64,000 nt of DNA from Candidatus Saccharimonadia bacterium (GCA_041743505.1 JBGTMQ010000003.1:89148-153147), one strand, 5' to 3'; positions 46,320-55,793 are shown, numbered from the stretch's first letter. Made by a program: numbers and translations. The notes: generated from the letters alone by a model not told the origin.

Positions 46320-48179
46320 TTATAGTACGCTCTTCGGTGCCCGTTCACTCACCTCGCGCTCCAGCGCCGCTGCAAAGTCTTCCACACTCAATCCGCCCGC
46401 AAATTCACCGTGGCCCTGACGCAACCGCGGACTCACCTGCCCACTCTCCCGCTCCTTCTCACCGATCACCAGCGTGTACGGTACCTTGGCCAGACCCGCC
46501 GCCCGGATCTTCTTGCCCACACTCTCTGCACTGGCATCAACCGACACCCGCAGACCCAGAGTCTCAAACTCACTCCGCAATTGCTCGGTATAAGCAATAA
46601 TCTCCTCGGTGTCATTGATCGGCGCCAGCCTCACCTGCTCCGGCGCCAGCCACAACGGAAACGCCCCGGCAGTCTGCTCAATCAGCTGCACCAAAAACCG
46701 CTCAATCGAGCCCATCACAGCGCAGTGCATCATCACAATCCGCTCCCGCTCCCCGGCCTCACTGGTGCAGGTCAGATCAAGTCCCTCCGGCTGGCCAAAA
46801 TCAAGCTGGATTGTCGCCGCCTGAAACTCCCGGCCAAACACATCCCGCGCCATAAAATCAATCTTCGGCCCATAAAATGCCGCCTCACCCAACCCATCCA
46901 TATACTCCACGCCCTTGGCCTCAATCACAGCCTTAATCTGCTTTTCTGCCGCTTGCCACTGCTCCTTCGAGCCGCTATATGCTTCCATATGGTCAGGATC
47001 ATGCCGGCTAAACCGGATCTTCAGCTCATTACCAAACGTCTTGTTAAACGCCTCAACCACATTCCACAACCGGTCAATCTCGCCCTCCACCTGCTGCGCC
47101 CGGGCAAACACATGCGCGTCGTCCTGCGTAATCGAGCGCACCCGGGTCAACCCGCTCAGCTCCCCGCTCTGCTCATCCCGGTACACCATCGTCGTCTCCC
47201 GGTAGCGAATCGGCAGGTCCCGATAACTCCGCGGCTGCGAAGCATAGATCTGAGTGTGATGAGGGCAGCTCATCGGCTTCATGGCAAATAAATGTCCCTC
47301 ACGCGTCTTAATCTTAAATAGCTCTTCCGAAAATTTCTTCCAGTGACCACTCTTCTCGTACAAGTCTTTCTTAGTGATATGCGGAATCGTTACCGCCTGA
47401 AACCCGCCGCCAATCGTCTGCCGCAGTTCCTGCACGTAGTTATTCAATCCCTCTCGAATCACCGTTCCCCGAGGTGTATACAGCGGCAAGCCCCCACCCA
47501 CCAAATCCGAAAACACAAACAAGTCCATATCCCGGCCAATCTTCCGGTGATCGCGCTTCTCAGCCTCCGCCAATAGCTCTAAGTGCTTTTTTAGCTCGTC
47601 TTTTGTTGTAAATCCTACACCATATATGCGTTGCAACTGAGCGTTCTTTTCATCACCGCGCCAGTAGGCCCCAGATACACGCATCAATTTAAAAGCGCCC
47701 ACCTCCCCAGTCGACTCCACATGCGGACCCCGGCAAAGATCGGTAAACGGCCCGTCTGTGTAGATCGAAACCTCGTCCACTTTGGCGCTCGAACCCAATC
47801 CCAACTGGCTCCGGTCAATATCTTTGGCCACCGTTGTGCCATGTTTTTTCAAGTCATTCAGAAGATCCAACTTGTAGGTCTGGTCCCTAGCGTCAAAGTA
47901 ATTTATGGCTTCATCAAGCTCCATATTCGAGTGTTCAAATTTGTAGTTCGCCTTAATTACCTCGTGCATCTTTGACTCTATTTTGGCCAGATCTTCCTCA
48001 CCCAGTCGCTCCGGCACATCAACGTCATAGTAAAACCCGTTCTCCACCACCGGCCCAATGCCAAACTTTACTTTTGGGTATAATTGCTCGATCGCCGTGG
48101 CCATAATATGCGCCAGCGAGTGTCGCATGGCATATAATTGCTGGTCTTGATCGCCTAGCTTACTCATGATGACCTCCAT
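46320..48179 (-). CDS. thrS: threonine--tRNA ligase
   Basis: TGS/editing and class-II core motifs. The likely start MEVIMSKL removes the overlap with the upstream gene. Confidence 0.9.
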   Translation of the reverse strand: MEVIMSKLGDQDQQLYAMRHSLAHIMATAIEQLYPKVKFGIGPVVENGFYYDVDVPERLGEEDLAKIESKMHEVIKANYKFEHSNMELDEAINYFDARDQTYKLDLLNDLKKHGTTVAKDIDRSQLGLGSSAKVDEVSIYTDGPFTDLCRGPHVESTGEVGAFKLMRVSGAYWRGDEKNAQLQRIYGVGFTTKDELKKHLELLAEAEKRDHRKIGRDMDLFVFSDLVGGGLPLYTPRGTVIREGLNNYVQELRQTIGGGFQAVTIPHITKKDLYEKSGHWKKFSEELFKIKTREGHLFAMKPMSCPHHTQIYASQPRSYRDLPIRYRETTMVYRDEQSGELSGLTRVRSITQDDAHVFARAQQVEGEIDRLWNVVEAFNKTFGNELKIRFSRHDPDHMEAYSGSKEQWQAAEKQIKAVIEAKGVEYMDGLGEAAFYGPKIDFMARDVFGREFQAATIQLDFGQPEGLDLTCTSEAGERERIVMMHCAVMGSIERFLVQLIEQTAGAFPLWLAPEQVRLAPINDTEEIIAYTEQLRSEFETLGLRVSVDASAESVGKKIRAAGLAKVPYTLVIGEKERESGQVSPRLRQGHGEFAGGLSVEDFAAALEREVSERAPKSVL

Positions 48180-48612
48180 GGTGATGGTTTGACTGCTCTC
48201 CGTGCCCGTGCCCCTCTTGATGCTGGCCTGCCGCCAGCCCTCCATGCTGCGCTGAATTCAGCCGCGACCGCCCCGGATTCACATTCGAACGGGAGTCATC
48301 TGGGTCAGACGTTTGTACCTGCACATTATGCTCACCCACCCGCTGATACTCCCGGGCATCATTCTTATCCAACTTCCTCAAGATCTCCCGCTCCAAGTCC
48401 TCGACCCCGAGCATCTTGGCCAGACTCAACACAAACAACACCACGTCAGCCAATTCCTCGCCGGCGTCACCTTTTTGCTTACGATAGGATTCAAATACCT
48501 CCGCCAGCTCAGCATAGGTATAGTTGAACTCTCGCTCAACGTTAGTTGTATTAAAACCCTTAGCCACCTTATTGGCCCAAGCCCTATCCTGGATCTCTTT
48601 CAAATCAATCAT
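48160..48612 (-). CDS. MazG-like nucleotide pyrophosphohydrolase with a His-rich C-terminal tail
   Basis: EELADVVLFVLSLAKMLGVEDLE MazG motif. Real start is ATG 48612 with an AAGGAG SD. The listed GTG start lies inside the leader terminator. Tail is HQEGHGHGEQSNHHHGGHHE. Confidence 0.65.
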   Translation of the reverse strand: MIDLKEIQDRAWANKVAKGFNTTNVEREFNYTYAELAEVFESYRKQKGDAGEELADVVLFVLSLAKMLGVEDLEREILRKLDKNDAREYQRVGEHNVQVQTSDPDDSRSNVNPGRSRLNSAQHGGLAAGQHQEGHGHGEQSNHHHGGHHE

Positions 48613-48800
48613 GATACTCCTTAAAACGCAAAAAACGCGCCTCACTTAGCGCGTCTGGACCCGTGTCACATAGATCACGGGCGGTTCCACCAGACTTCCC
48701 TGTATCAAACTCCAGGGCTCTCATTGGAGCCGGTGTGCGCCACCGGCAGCGGAGCTCGCGGGTCGGTGAATCCCGGTCACAGCTCTATCGAACTAGGCCA
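48613..48800 (-). promoter_or_regulatory. T-box-like attenuator leader upstream of mazG-thrS
   Basis: Minus-strand leader contains a UGGUGGAACCGC T-box-like core, an ACC (Thr) triplet in a hairpin loop (GGGAUUCACCGACCC) and a GCGCGC-UAAGUGAG-GCGCG-U6 terminator ending 12 nt before the SD. Confidence 0.35.
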
Positions 48801-48819
48801 ATGATACCAAATTTATTTC

Positions 48820-48872
48820 AAAAATAAAAAAGGGATGAGAAACTGCGGATTCACATCCCAGTTTCTCATCCC
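48820..48872 (-). terminator. rho-independent terminator
   Basis: Perfect 14-bp stem GGGATGAGAAACTG/CAGTTTCTCATCCC followed on the minus strand by an 11-nt U-rich run. Confidence 0.6.
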
Positions 48873-48916
48873 TACGAGGCCAAAACCTCATACTGCAAAT
48901 TCTTAGTAACCTTGGG

Positions 48917-49351
48917 TCAAAACCACCCGCGGGGATCAAATGCAGAGCCCCGGGGGTCAAAGAGATCGAACATGGACGGCTCTCTCTTCTTGCGCCGTGC
49001 TGGGGGTCTGTATACGGGAGGTCGCGGACGAACCTTCGCGCCACTTGAGGTATGGATCACTCTCGGTATCTTATCACCACGCAGCGGGAACAAATCCTCC
49101 CGCTCAACAGTCGTCTCTATGATCTCACTGATAGCAGCGAGAAGCGCCTCGGGAGTGATAACAATACTTTGATACCACAGATTAATGCCATAACGCTCAA
49201 TTATGCAATCATCAATACCATCAATTTGCATAATTTTGGCCCGCAATGGCGCCACTTTCAGGCAATGCGCCTCCCCATCAACCACCCCGTTCTCGTCGAT
49301 GATAGCCGTAACAGCGGTGTTGAAACTCAGCTCATACTTCCGCTCAGGCAC
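48917..49351 (-). CDS. hypothetical protein with a basic, repeat-containing C-terminal tail
   Basis: 144 aa. C-terminus RPRPPVYRPPARRKKREPSMFDLFDPRGSAFDPRGWF with a repeated FDPRG. No catalytic motif. Confidence 0.35.
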   Translation of the reverse strand: MPERKYELSFNTAVTAIIDENGVVDGEAHCLKVAPLRAKIMQIDGIDDCIIERYGINLWYQSIVITPEALLAAISEIIETTVEREDLFPLRGDKIPRVIHTSSGAKVRPRPPVYRPPARRKKREPSMFDLFDPRGSAFDPRGWF

Positions 49352-49762
49352 AGTTCATCCTTTGGGTAGGTCTGGTTGCCAAGTACCTCGCAAAAATCCT
49401 CATTCTACGAGTCGTATATATAATAGTATAAATACATAATAAATCAATGATAAACAATGTATCTACTCACCACACTGAGCAATCAGCTGCCGTTCCGCTT
49501 GACCCATGGTTTAACACCTGGTCAGATGCGGTGTTTCGGTTAGCACCGAGGTCGACGATCTCCCACCAGAGGTGGTTGGGTGAAATCGGAAGCGCCTTTC
49601 GGCATGTATAAATATCCTGCGGCCAGCTTCTGCATTAAACCGTATACGTGGACCTTTTTCTCGCCATACACGTTAAGAGAACCCACCCTTGGATCAATGA
49701 CGCTAGCCAAGTATAATCTTGGCAATCTCACCCCGAGCGCACCTTCAAAAAGGGGGCATAAA

Positions 49763-50878
49763 ATGAGCGAGAATATATCTCGGGCTGAAGTAGCTAGAAT
49801 TCTAGGCCTAGCGCCGAAAGCGATTACTAAGCTAGGCACTGCTGATGTTTTACCCTATGTCTATGACTGGAGAGACAGGCGTACATACCCTAGGTCATTT
49901 GTGAAAGGGCTGGCCACGGCCAACAACGGCCTCCCATTCTCCCGAAACTTTGCCAGGTTGTTCCTGATCGCCTGGCAACGGGACACCGGGGTCATATCGC
50001 GCCAAGAATCGTTGGCCAAAATACGCCGCCTACGACAGGAGCGTGTTGTGCTAACAGATCTGGAAACCGCTCGGTTAGTTGGTTACAATAGCAGCACTAT
50101 CAGTGCCTGGAGAACTCGGGGCTGGGTCCGGAGCGTCAGAATCGGACGTTGGAAGCTAAGCCTGCGGCAAGAGATCGAGCGGCTAAAAGCCCTCCTCGAT
50201 CAACCGACCGAGTACGAAATGGCCTCCATGCTGGGAATCAACCATGACGCTGTGCGCTATCGCATCCGAACCGGCCAGCTCAATGTCGTCGAAACTCCCA
50301 GCGGCAGTCTCAGAGCTGATACGGCAGAGATTCAAGCCTTAGCGGCGCACCAAGCCAAGGTTACTACCAACACCATGTCAGCAAAAGCCGTAGCCGATGT
50401 ACTGGGCGTACCGGTCAATTCCATCTTCTATTGGACCTCAAGAGGCGTGCTCAATCCTACATCAACTTGGCCACGGCGAATTTACCGGACTGACGAGATT
50501 ATGGTAATAGCCCAGCGCTTCCAGACGATCACGCCTGGCTTTGAATGGCTTAGCACTCTCTCGGTAGGATCAGGGCAGCCTGACCAGCTCTGGTGCATGG
50601 GACAAACAGCCGGCCATCTGGAGGTCCCGATCAGCCAGCTCCACAGCTGGAGTAAGCAGGCCCTTGTTCCCTTCTATGTCCGCACACCGGAAGGCCTGGC
50701 CGCCGTTCAGCGGCAATACGTTAAAGCCTACATAGTTGGTCTCAAAGCTCACGCCGGCAGCAACAAGATCACCAAGGCTGTCGTCCAGCGTTACTACTTT
50801 GCTTGCCAAGGCAGAGGATTCATCGTTAGCGCTCGAGGACCACAAGCATATACAACCGGGTTGGCCAAACAAGCATAA
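49763..50878 (+). CDS. multi-HTH DNA-binding protein (about 5 tandem excisionase/MerR-type HTH_17-like repeats), paralog A
   Basis: Repeats such as ARLVGYNSSTISAWRTRGWVRSVRIGR and ADVLGVPVNSIFYWTSRGVLNP. Start chosen at the ATG preceded by the conserved promoter/5'UTR shared with paralog B. The listed ORF start at 49580 is probably too long. Confidence 0.5.
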   Translation: MSENISRAEVARILGLAPKAITKLGTADVLPYVYDWRDRRTYPRSFVKGLATANNGLPFSRNFARLFLIAWQRDTGVISRQESLAKIRRLRQERVVLTDLETARLVGYNSSTISAWRTRGWVRSVRIGRWKLSLRQEIERLKALLDQPTEYEMASMLGINHDAVRYRIRTGQLNVVETPSGSLRADTAEIQALAAHQAKVTTNTMSAKAVADVLGVPVNSIFYWTSRGVLNPTSTWPRRIYRTDEIMVIAQRFQTITPGFEWLSTLSVGSGQPDQLWCMGQTAGHLEVPISQLHSWSKQALVPFYVRTPEGLAAVQRQYVKAYIVGLKAHAGSNKITKAVVQRYYFACQGRGFIVSARGPQAYTTGLAKQA

Positions 50879-50932
50879 CTGCGTATAATCCCCACCAATC
50901 TCACGCCAGCGCACCTTCGAAATGAGGCTAAT

Positions 50933-51997
50933 ATGGATGGGTTCCTAAACACACCCCAAACCGCTAGAACCCTAAAGCTATCCAAGTCAGGTATCCGCAA
51001 ACACCACCGGGCCAGCGCCCTACCCTGCACAAAGATAGACGGGCGCATCGCCTATCCACGGTCATTTGTGGACGGATTAGCCGAAGCTACCAACGGCATC
51101 CCGGTCACCCGCGACTTCGTCCTCCTATACAAGCTGGTCTGGGAATACAACACGGGAACCATCTCTCGCCAGCAAACCGAGCAGCAAATCAATGAACTGC
51201 GCCGGCACGGTCAAGTTCTAAATACTAAGGAAGCCGCCAAGCTACTTGGTTATCACAGCAATACGATATCGCTCTGGAGAAACCGAGGCTGGATCAGAAG
51301 CGTCACATTCTGGCGCACCCAGCTATGCGTTCGCAGCGACATCGTCAAGCTAAAGACGCTAGCAGATGGCTTCACGGTATACGAAGCAGCCGCCAGCCTA
51401 GGAGTATGCCCCACTACCGTCCGTAAGCGCGCCAGTAAAGGACAGCTAAGTACTGCCAATCATCTTAACGGCAACATGAGAGCCAACCCCAGAGAAGTTC
51501 TCGCTATTGCCGAGGAACAGGCCAAATTAAAAGCTGCCAGTCTGCCGGCACCAGTCGCAGCTAAGCTGTTGAGCGTGTCCATGCAGAGACTCTTCCGCTG
51601 GAAGGTACTAGGGTCGGTCAGGACCGTGCTCATCGGAGAACGTCCGCAGTATGTAACGGAAGATATTATGGCCCTCGTACAGCACTTCCAGACGATCACA
51701 CCCGGGTTCGAGTGGCTTAGTCCGATTTACACCCAGCCGGCTGGGGCCAAGCAGCTATGGCCAGCCGCAAAAGCCATCAGGTTCTTAGGGGTTGTACAAA
51801 GTCAGTTCAACAACTGGAGCCGGCTTGGTCTGTTGCCGTTCTACGTCCGCACACCTGCCGGCCTGTGTTCAGTTCGGCGGGAGTACGTATCAGCCTACCT
51901 CATCAGCCTCAAGGCCTACGCCGCCGGCCGCAAAATCACCAAGGCCGTGCTTGAGGAGTATTACGCTATCTGCCAGGAAAACCGGCTTGTCGCATAA
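50933..51997 (+). CDS. multi-HTH DNA-binding protein, paralog B
   Basis: Collinear with paralog A, sharing YPRSFV.GLA.A.NG.P, FQTITPGFEWLS and PFYVRTP.GL blocks. A hairpin terminator lies at 52020-52050. Confidence 0.5.
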   Translation: MDGFLNTPQTARTLKLSKSGIRKHHRASALPCTKIDGRIAYPRSFVDGLAEATNGIPVTRDFVLLYKLVWEYNTGTISRQQTEQQINELRRHGQVLNTKEAAKLLGYHSNTISLWRNRGWIRSVTFWRTQLCVRSDIVKLKTLADGFTVYEAAASLGVCPTTVRKRASKGQLSTANHLNGNMRANPREVLAIAEEQAKLKAASLPAPVAAKLLSVSMQRLFRWKVLGSVRTVLIGERPQYVTEDIMALVQHFQTITPGFEWLSPIYTQPAGAKQLWPAAKAIRFLGVVQSQFNNWSRLGLLPFYVRTPAGLCSVRREYVSAYLISLKAYAAGRKITKAVLEEYYAICQENRLVA

Positions 51998-52059
51998 CTA
52001 CTCCGCCCCCAACCAAACACCCCGACAATCAACGATTGTCGGGGTGTTGTCATAAATTC

Positions 52060-52133
52060 TGGTGGGTCCTAGAGGATTCGAACCTCTGACCTCTTCCACG
52101 TCAAGGAAGCGCTCTAACCAACTGAGCTAAGAA
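52060..52133 (-). tRNA. tRNA-Val (GAC)
   Basis: Cloverleaf GGGTTCT...anticodon loop UUGACGU...T-loop TTCGAAT...AGGACCC-ACCA. Confidence 0.85.
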
Positions 52134-52291
52134 CCCATGTTTACAAGGCAAAACTATAGCGCAAAAGCACCAGTTCAGCAAGCTACCACATCTTATATAT
52201 TTGACAGAATGCATAAGATGTATCAATGTATATTACGTTAAGCTCAGGCTTAACAGCGGAATAAGCTCCGATACACCTCCAGGAGAACCGA

Positions 52292-52453
52292 ATGATTACA
52301 AATGGAGAGAACGGTGAAGAAGAGCCGGTAGACCTCACCGAGGTCCAGGAGACCGACGACCAAGTCGAGCGCGCCCGGCGCTTTCGATCGCAACCTACCG
52401 GCGATCCGCTCATCGATAGTATTCGTGAAATAGGCAAGGACCCCGGGGAATAG
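52292..52453 (+). CDS. hypothetical small acidic protein (53 aa)
   Basis: AGGAGAA SD 5 nt before the ATG. Very acidic, MITNGENGEEEPVDLTEVQETDDQVERARRF... Not in the ORF track because it is under 60 aa. Confidence 0.3.
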   Translation: MITNGENGEEEPVDLTEVQETDDQVERARRFRSQPTGDPLIDSIREIGKDPGE

Positions 52454-52485
52454 TCTATTGCCAACCTGACATTGTACCGACAGAG

Positions 52486-52929
52486 ATGAGTTACGACATG
52501 CACACGCTCACCATCCGTGCCGAAGATCGCCCTGAGCACCCCAGGAAGAAGGCTCAGCTCGCTAAAGCAGAGCGCTCATTCGCACTTGAGATCCTCGAAG
52601 CCTTCCAGGACACCCTCGGCGAAGTCAACGCCTGTATCGGACAATTTACACTCACCATTGTTCGGCACTCCACCCACCTCGGGATCGACTACGTCCTCGA
52701 ATACGGGTTTGGACTCGAGATAGATGGAGCTAAACATCCAATCCAGGTAACCGGCCGTTACGAATTCAAAACGATCGGCAGCGCACACCTCATCGTCCAT
52801 GGTATGCGGCACAACCTCGGTCTGGCGCTCGAACAAGCCGAAGAGGCCAGCCTGGAACAGCACGGCGCCACTCGCCAGTGGAACGAATATTGGCGCCAGC
52901 AACAGGCTGATTCCCAGGCCACCACCTAG
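52486..52929 (+). CDS. hypothetical protein
   Basis: 147-aa ORF between the two tRNA-Val genes. A hairpin+U terminator follows. Confidence 0.4.
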   Translation: MSYDMHTLTIRAEDRPEHPRKKAQLAKAERSFALEILEAFQDTLGEVNACIGQFTLTIVRHSTHLGIDYVLEYGFGLEIDGAKHPIQVTGRYEFKTIGSAHLIVHGMRHNLGLALEQAEEASLEQHGATRQWNEYWRQQQADSQATT

Positions 52930-52937
52930 CCCCTTTC

Positions 52938-52985
52938 GGTCCGGCAAGCAACTACGCCTGCCGGACCTCTCCTTTTCTTTGAGCT
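52938..52985 (+). terminator. rho-independent terminator
   Basis: GGTCCGGCAAG...CCTGCCGGACC stem followed by TCTCCTTTTCTTT. Confidence 0.5.
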
Positions 52986-53027
52986 CAAAATAAGCTATTA
53001 TCAGCTGGTTCCATACCCTTCAATTGG

Positions 53028-53104
53028 GGGCAATTAGCTCAGTTGGTTAGAGCGCTTGATTCACATTCAAGAGGCCACAGGTTCGAGTCCTGTATTGCCC
53101 ACCA
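53028..53104 (+). tRNA. tRNA-Val (CAC)
   Basis: Cloverleaf GGGCAAT...anticodon loop UUCACAU...T-loop TTCGAGT...ATTGCCC-ACCA. Confidence 0.85.
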
Positions 53105-53313
53105 GAGCGGTTTTACTTACCCACCCGTGTAAGCCGGCCCGCTCCGGCCCCTAACAACCATCTCTACCCATTCAACCTGGGCTACTTCTGTTTTTGCTCC
53201 CCATCCAGCAAAACTGTCAGTCTCCCAGATAAAGGTGCTGCTTGCCTCATAAGGCTAAAGCAAAGTAATGTTACAATAGTTGTATAAAGTGCCAGCTTAA
53301 GAGGTTTGAGTTT

Positions 53314-54447
53314 ATGCTCAGTCAGCAAATCGCCGATAAGATACGCGCTAAGGTTAGTGCCCTTGTCAGCCAGCAGCTCCGGGTTCTTGATGCCAACGGT
53401 CAGCGCCTATCCGCCACGCCGGCGCTCGTCTCCGGATCGGTGGATCTCACCAAGACCCCTTGGGCTATTCCCTTCTCCTACGGGGGCAATGTCGTAGGCT
53501 ACGTTGTCCTGGAGCACGAAATGCCCAACCACGCCGAAATCGCCCCACTCATCCGCAGCATTGCCGAGCTAGTCATGCACCAAAGTCTCGTGCTCGAGCA
53601 AATCCCCCGCCAGGACGAGCGCCTCGACAAGTTCATCTACGACCTACTCAATCAGCCCCAACCCGATTGGCCGCTATTAGCCGCCGAGGCCCGCCTGTTC
53701 GACATCGAGCTGGAGCGTCCGCGCATCGCTATCGTCATCCAGATTGACGACCCCACGCTGGTATCGCGCTACCGGGACCCCAGCAATGATCGCGAAATCC
53801 GCCTGACACGCTACAAGTTCGGCATCAACCGGGCCCTGGACTCGTTCTACACTTCCAGCCGCGAGAATATCGTTAGCTATCTGGGCGGCACCTCGTTCTG
53901 CATCCTCAAAGACCTCCTCACCGATGACGGCGCCGAGTTGGCTACCGGCTTGGACAATTTCAAAAAGAGCCTCAACGCCATTTACGGCATCCTCAAAAGC
54001 GAGCTCAAGCTACCCAGCACCGTTGGTGTCGGTAACTACCACCCGGGCCTCGAGGGCCTGCGCCAAAGTTACCACGAAGCTGTTTCGGCCATCGAGCTGG
54101 GTGCCCAAACCTGGGATCAGGACCGTATTTACCACATCGATGACTTCGGCGTCGTCGCCCCGCTCCTGTCCGGCGTCGATGAGTCCAACATCTACTTCAG
54201 CCGCGAGCTTCTGGAGCGATTGGGCGAAAACCGCGAAATCATTCAAACACTCGAGGCCTTTTTCGCCTTCGACATGAGCTTAACCCGCACCGCCGAACGT
54301 CTTAGCATTCACCGCAACACCCTGGTATACCGCCTCGACCGCATCACCGAAACTCTTGGCCTCGACCCGCGCGTCTTCGACGACGCCGTCCAGATCAAGC
54401 TAGCAATCCTATACAACCGCTTCGTGGAGCCATCCCGTGCTGCTTAA
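53314..54447 (+). CDS. CdaR/PucR-family transcriptional regulator
   Basis: C-terminal PucR-type HTH (LSIHRNTLVYRLDRITETLGLD) and a central GGDEF-like diacid-regulator domain. Confidence 0.65.
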   Translation: MLSQQIADKIRAKVSALVSQQLRVLDANGQRLSATPALVSGSVDLTKTPWAIPFSYGGNVVGYVVLEHEMPNHAEIAPLIRSIAELVMHQSLVLEQIPRQDERLDKFIYDLLNQPQPDWPLLAAEARLFDIELERPRIAIVIQIDDPTLVSRYRDPSNDREIRLTRYKFGINRALDSFYTSSRENIVSYLGGTSFCILKDLLTDDGAELATGLDNFKKSLNAIYGILKSELKLPSTVGVGNYHPGLEGLRQSYHEAVSAIELGAQTWDQDRIYHIDDFGVVAPLLSGVDESNIYFSRELLERLGENREIIQTLEAFFAFDMSLTRTAERLSIHRNTLVYRLDRITETLGLDPRVFDDAVQIKLAILYNRFVEPSRAA

Positions 54448-55621
54448 CGCCACGCTAGCCAAACAGATTGTAGATAAAGCGCACTCAATTCTTAAGCGCG
54501 ACATCCTCCTCACCGACCTGGCCGGACAATTGCTCGCCAGCAACACCGGCCTGCAACGCGTCTTTGTACCCGAAGCACTCTCCACCGCTCAAACCGGTCA
54601 CGCCACCACCGCCGAGTTCCATGACCGCCGAACCAAATGGTGGCCGTTCGTGTACGAAGACCAGACCATCGCCGTCTTCGGCCTCCCGCTTGATTCCGGC
54701 CCCATCACCCAGGAAGCCATGACACTACTGCAAGGCCTGGCCGAGGTTATCGTGTACCAGCATTTCCTGCTCGACAAAATCCAGTCAGCCGAGCGCGTCC
54801 GCTCCGACTTCATCCACGAAGCGCTCACCGCCCCCTCAGTCAACGTCGACGCCATCTACCGCCAGTCCGACATATTGCAGCTCAACCTCCGCACACCCCA
54901 AGCCGTTATCCTGATTCATCTGAACGGGCTTGAAGAACAAGTCCGGGCCGGACACGCCAACCTGTCGGCCGAAGAACAGCAACTGCAGCTCGACATGGTA
55001 ACCGAAAAAATCTCCGCTCACGTCCGCGACGGCTTCCCCGGCTCCGGAGATAACCTTGTAGCCTATCTAGGCAACGATCTATTTGTCCTGCTCAAGGGTA
55101 TTGGCGGCGAAAGTCTTACCACCTTCAACACCATCCGCTTCCTCAGCGAGAAGGCCGACTACGTCAACGACCTCCTGCACAAACTGGAGCTCCCCCACAC
55201 CATCACCATTGGTGTCGGTCAGTACTATCCGGATCTGCGAGGTCTGCGCAAAAGCTTTCAAGACGCCAAGCTGGCACTAGATGTCGGTAGCAAAGTCTGG
55301 GGCACCGGCCGTGTCTACCACATCAAGCGCGTCGGCATGTTCATCACGCTAGCCAATACCAGCCAGGACCGCAAAGCCGAGTTAGCCCACCAAATACTGT
55401 CTCCCCTCCTGCGCGATGAGCAGCTCTACAAAACCGTCCAAGCCTTTTTGGCCAGCGGCCTCAATCTGACCGAAGCCGCCGAAAAGCTTCACATTCACCG
55501 CAACACGCTCATTTACCGCCTCGATAAAACCAAGAAGCTCATAAGTCTTGACCCCCGCCATTTCGACGACGCCCTGCAAATAAAGCTTGGGTTCATGTTT
55601 TACCAAGAAGAACTCAGTTAA
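54437..55621 (+). CDS. CdaR/PucR-family transcriptional regulator (tandem paralog)
   Basis: Same architecture (LHIHRNTLIYRLDKTKKLISLD). Overlaps the upstream paralog by 11 nt. Confidence 0.65.
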   Translation: MLLNATLAKQIVDKAHSILKRDILLTDLAGQLLASNTGLQRVFVPEALSTAQTGHATTAEFHDRRTKWWPFVYEDQTIAVFGLPLDSGPITQEAMTLLQGLAEVIVYQHFLLDKIQSAERVRSDFIHEALTAPSVNVDAIYRQSDILQLNLRTPQAVILIHLNGLEEQVRAGHANLSAEEQQLQLDMVTEKISAHVRDGFPGSGDNLVAYLGNDLFVLLKGIGGESLTTFNTIRFLSEKADYVNDLLHKLELPHTITIGVGQYYPDLRGLRKSFQDAKLALDVGSKVWGTGRVYHIKRVGMFITLANTSQDRKAELAHQILSPLLRDEQLYKTVQAFLASGLNLTEAAEKLHIHRNTLIYRLDKTKKLISLDPRHFDDALQIKLGFMFYQEELS

Positions 55622-55793
55622 CATGCCTATCTGGAGCTTAGGTGGCATTTATTCCAAAACAGCTCAGCAGGTTACGGACAATATTTGGGGGAATGGGGTT
55701 TTGACATGGCTGTTGGACGCCGTTATATTTACACTCGTGTTTCAACGATTAAGCACTACTCCCACCTAAATTGAGGGTAAATCATTTGAGAGG

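Noticed and set aside
46410-47975. Several 70-290-aa plus-strand ORFs inside thrS, and similar antisense ORFs within murT, pyrB and the Y-family polymerase.
   Set aside because: They lie antisense to strongly supported conserved genes. Their Arg/Pro/His-rich composition is typical of GC-rich antisense frames.
48160-48245. 86-nt overlap between the MazG-like gene and the thrS ORF.
   Set aside because: Most likely an artefact of using the longest ORF. ThrRS homology begins near MEVIMSKL/MSKLGDQ, which removes nearly all the overlap. It is not treated as a true gene overlap.
52183-52539. 118-aa minus-strand ORF between the tRNA-Val genes.
   Set aside because: Antisense to a better-supported SD-preceded small ORF. 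Ser/Arg-rich composition and no start context.
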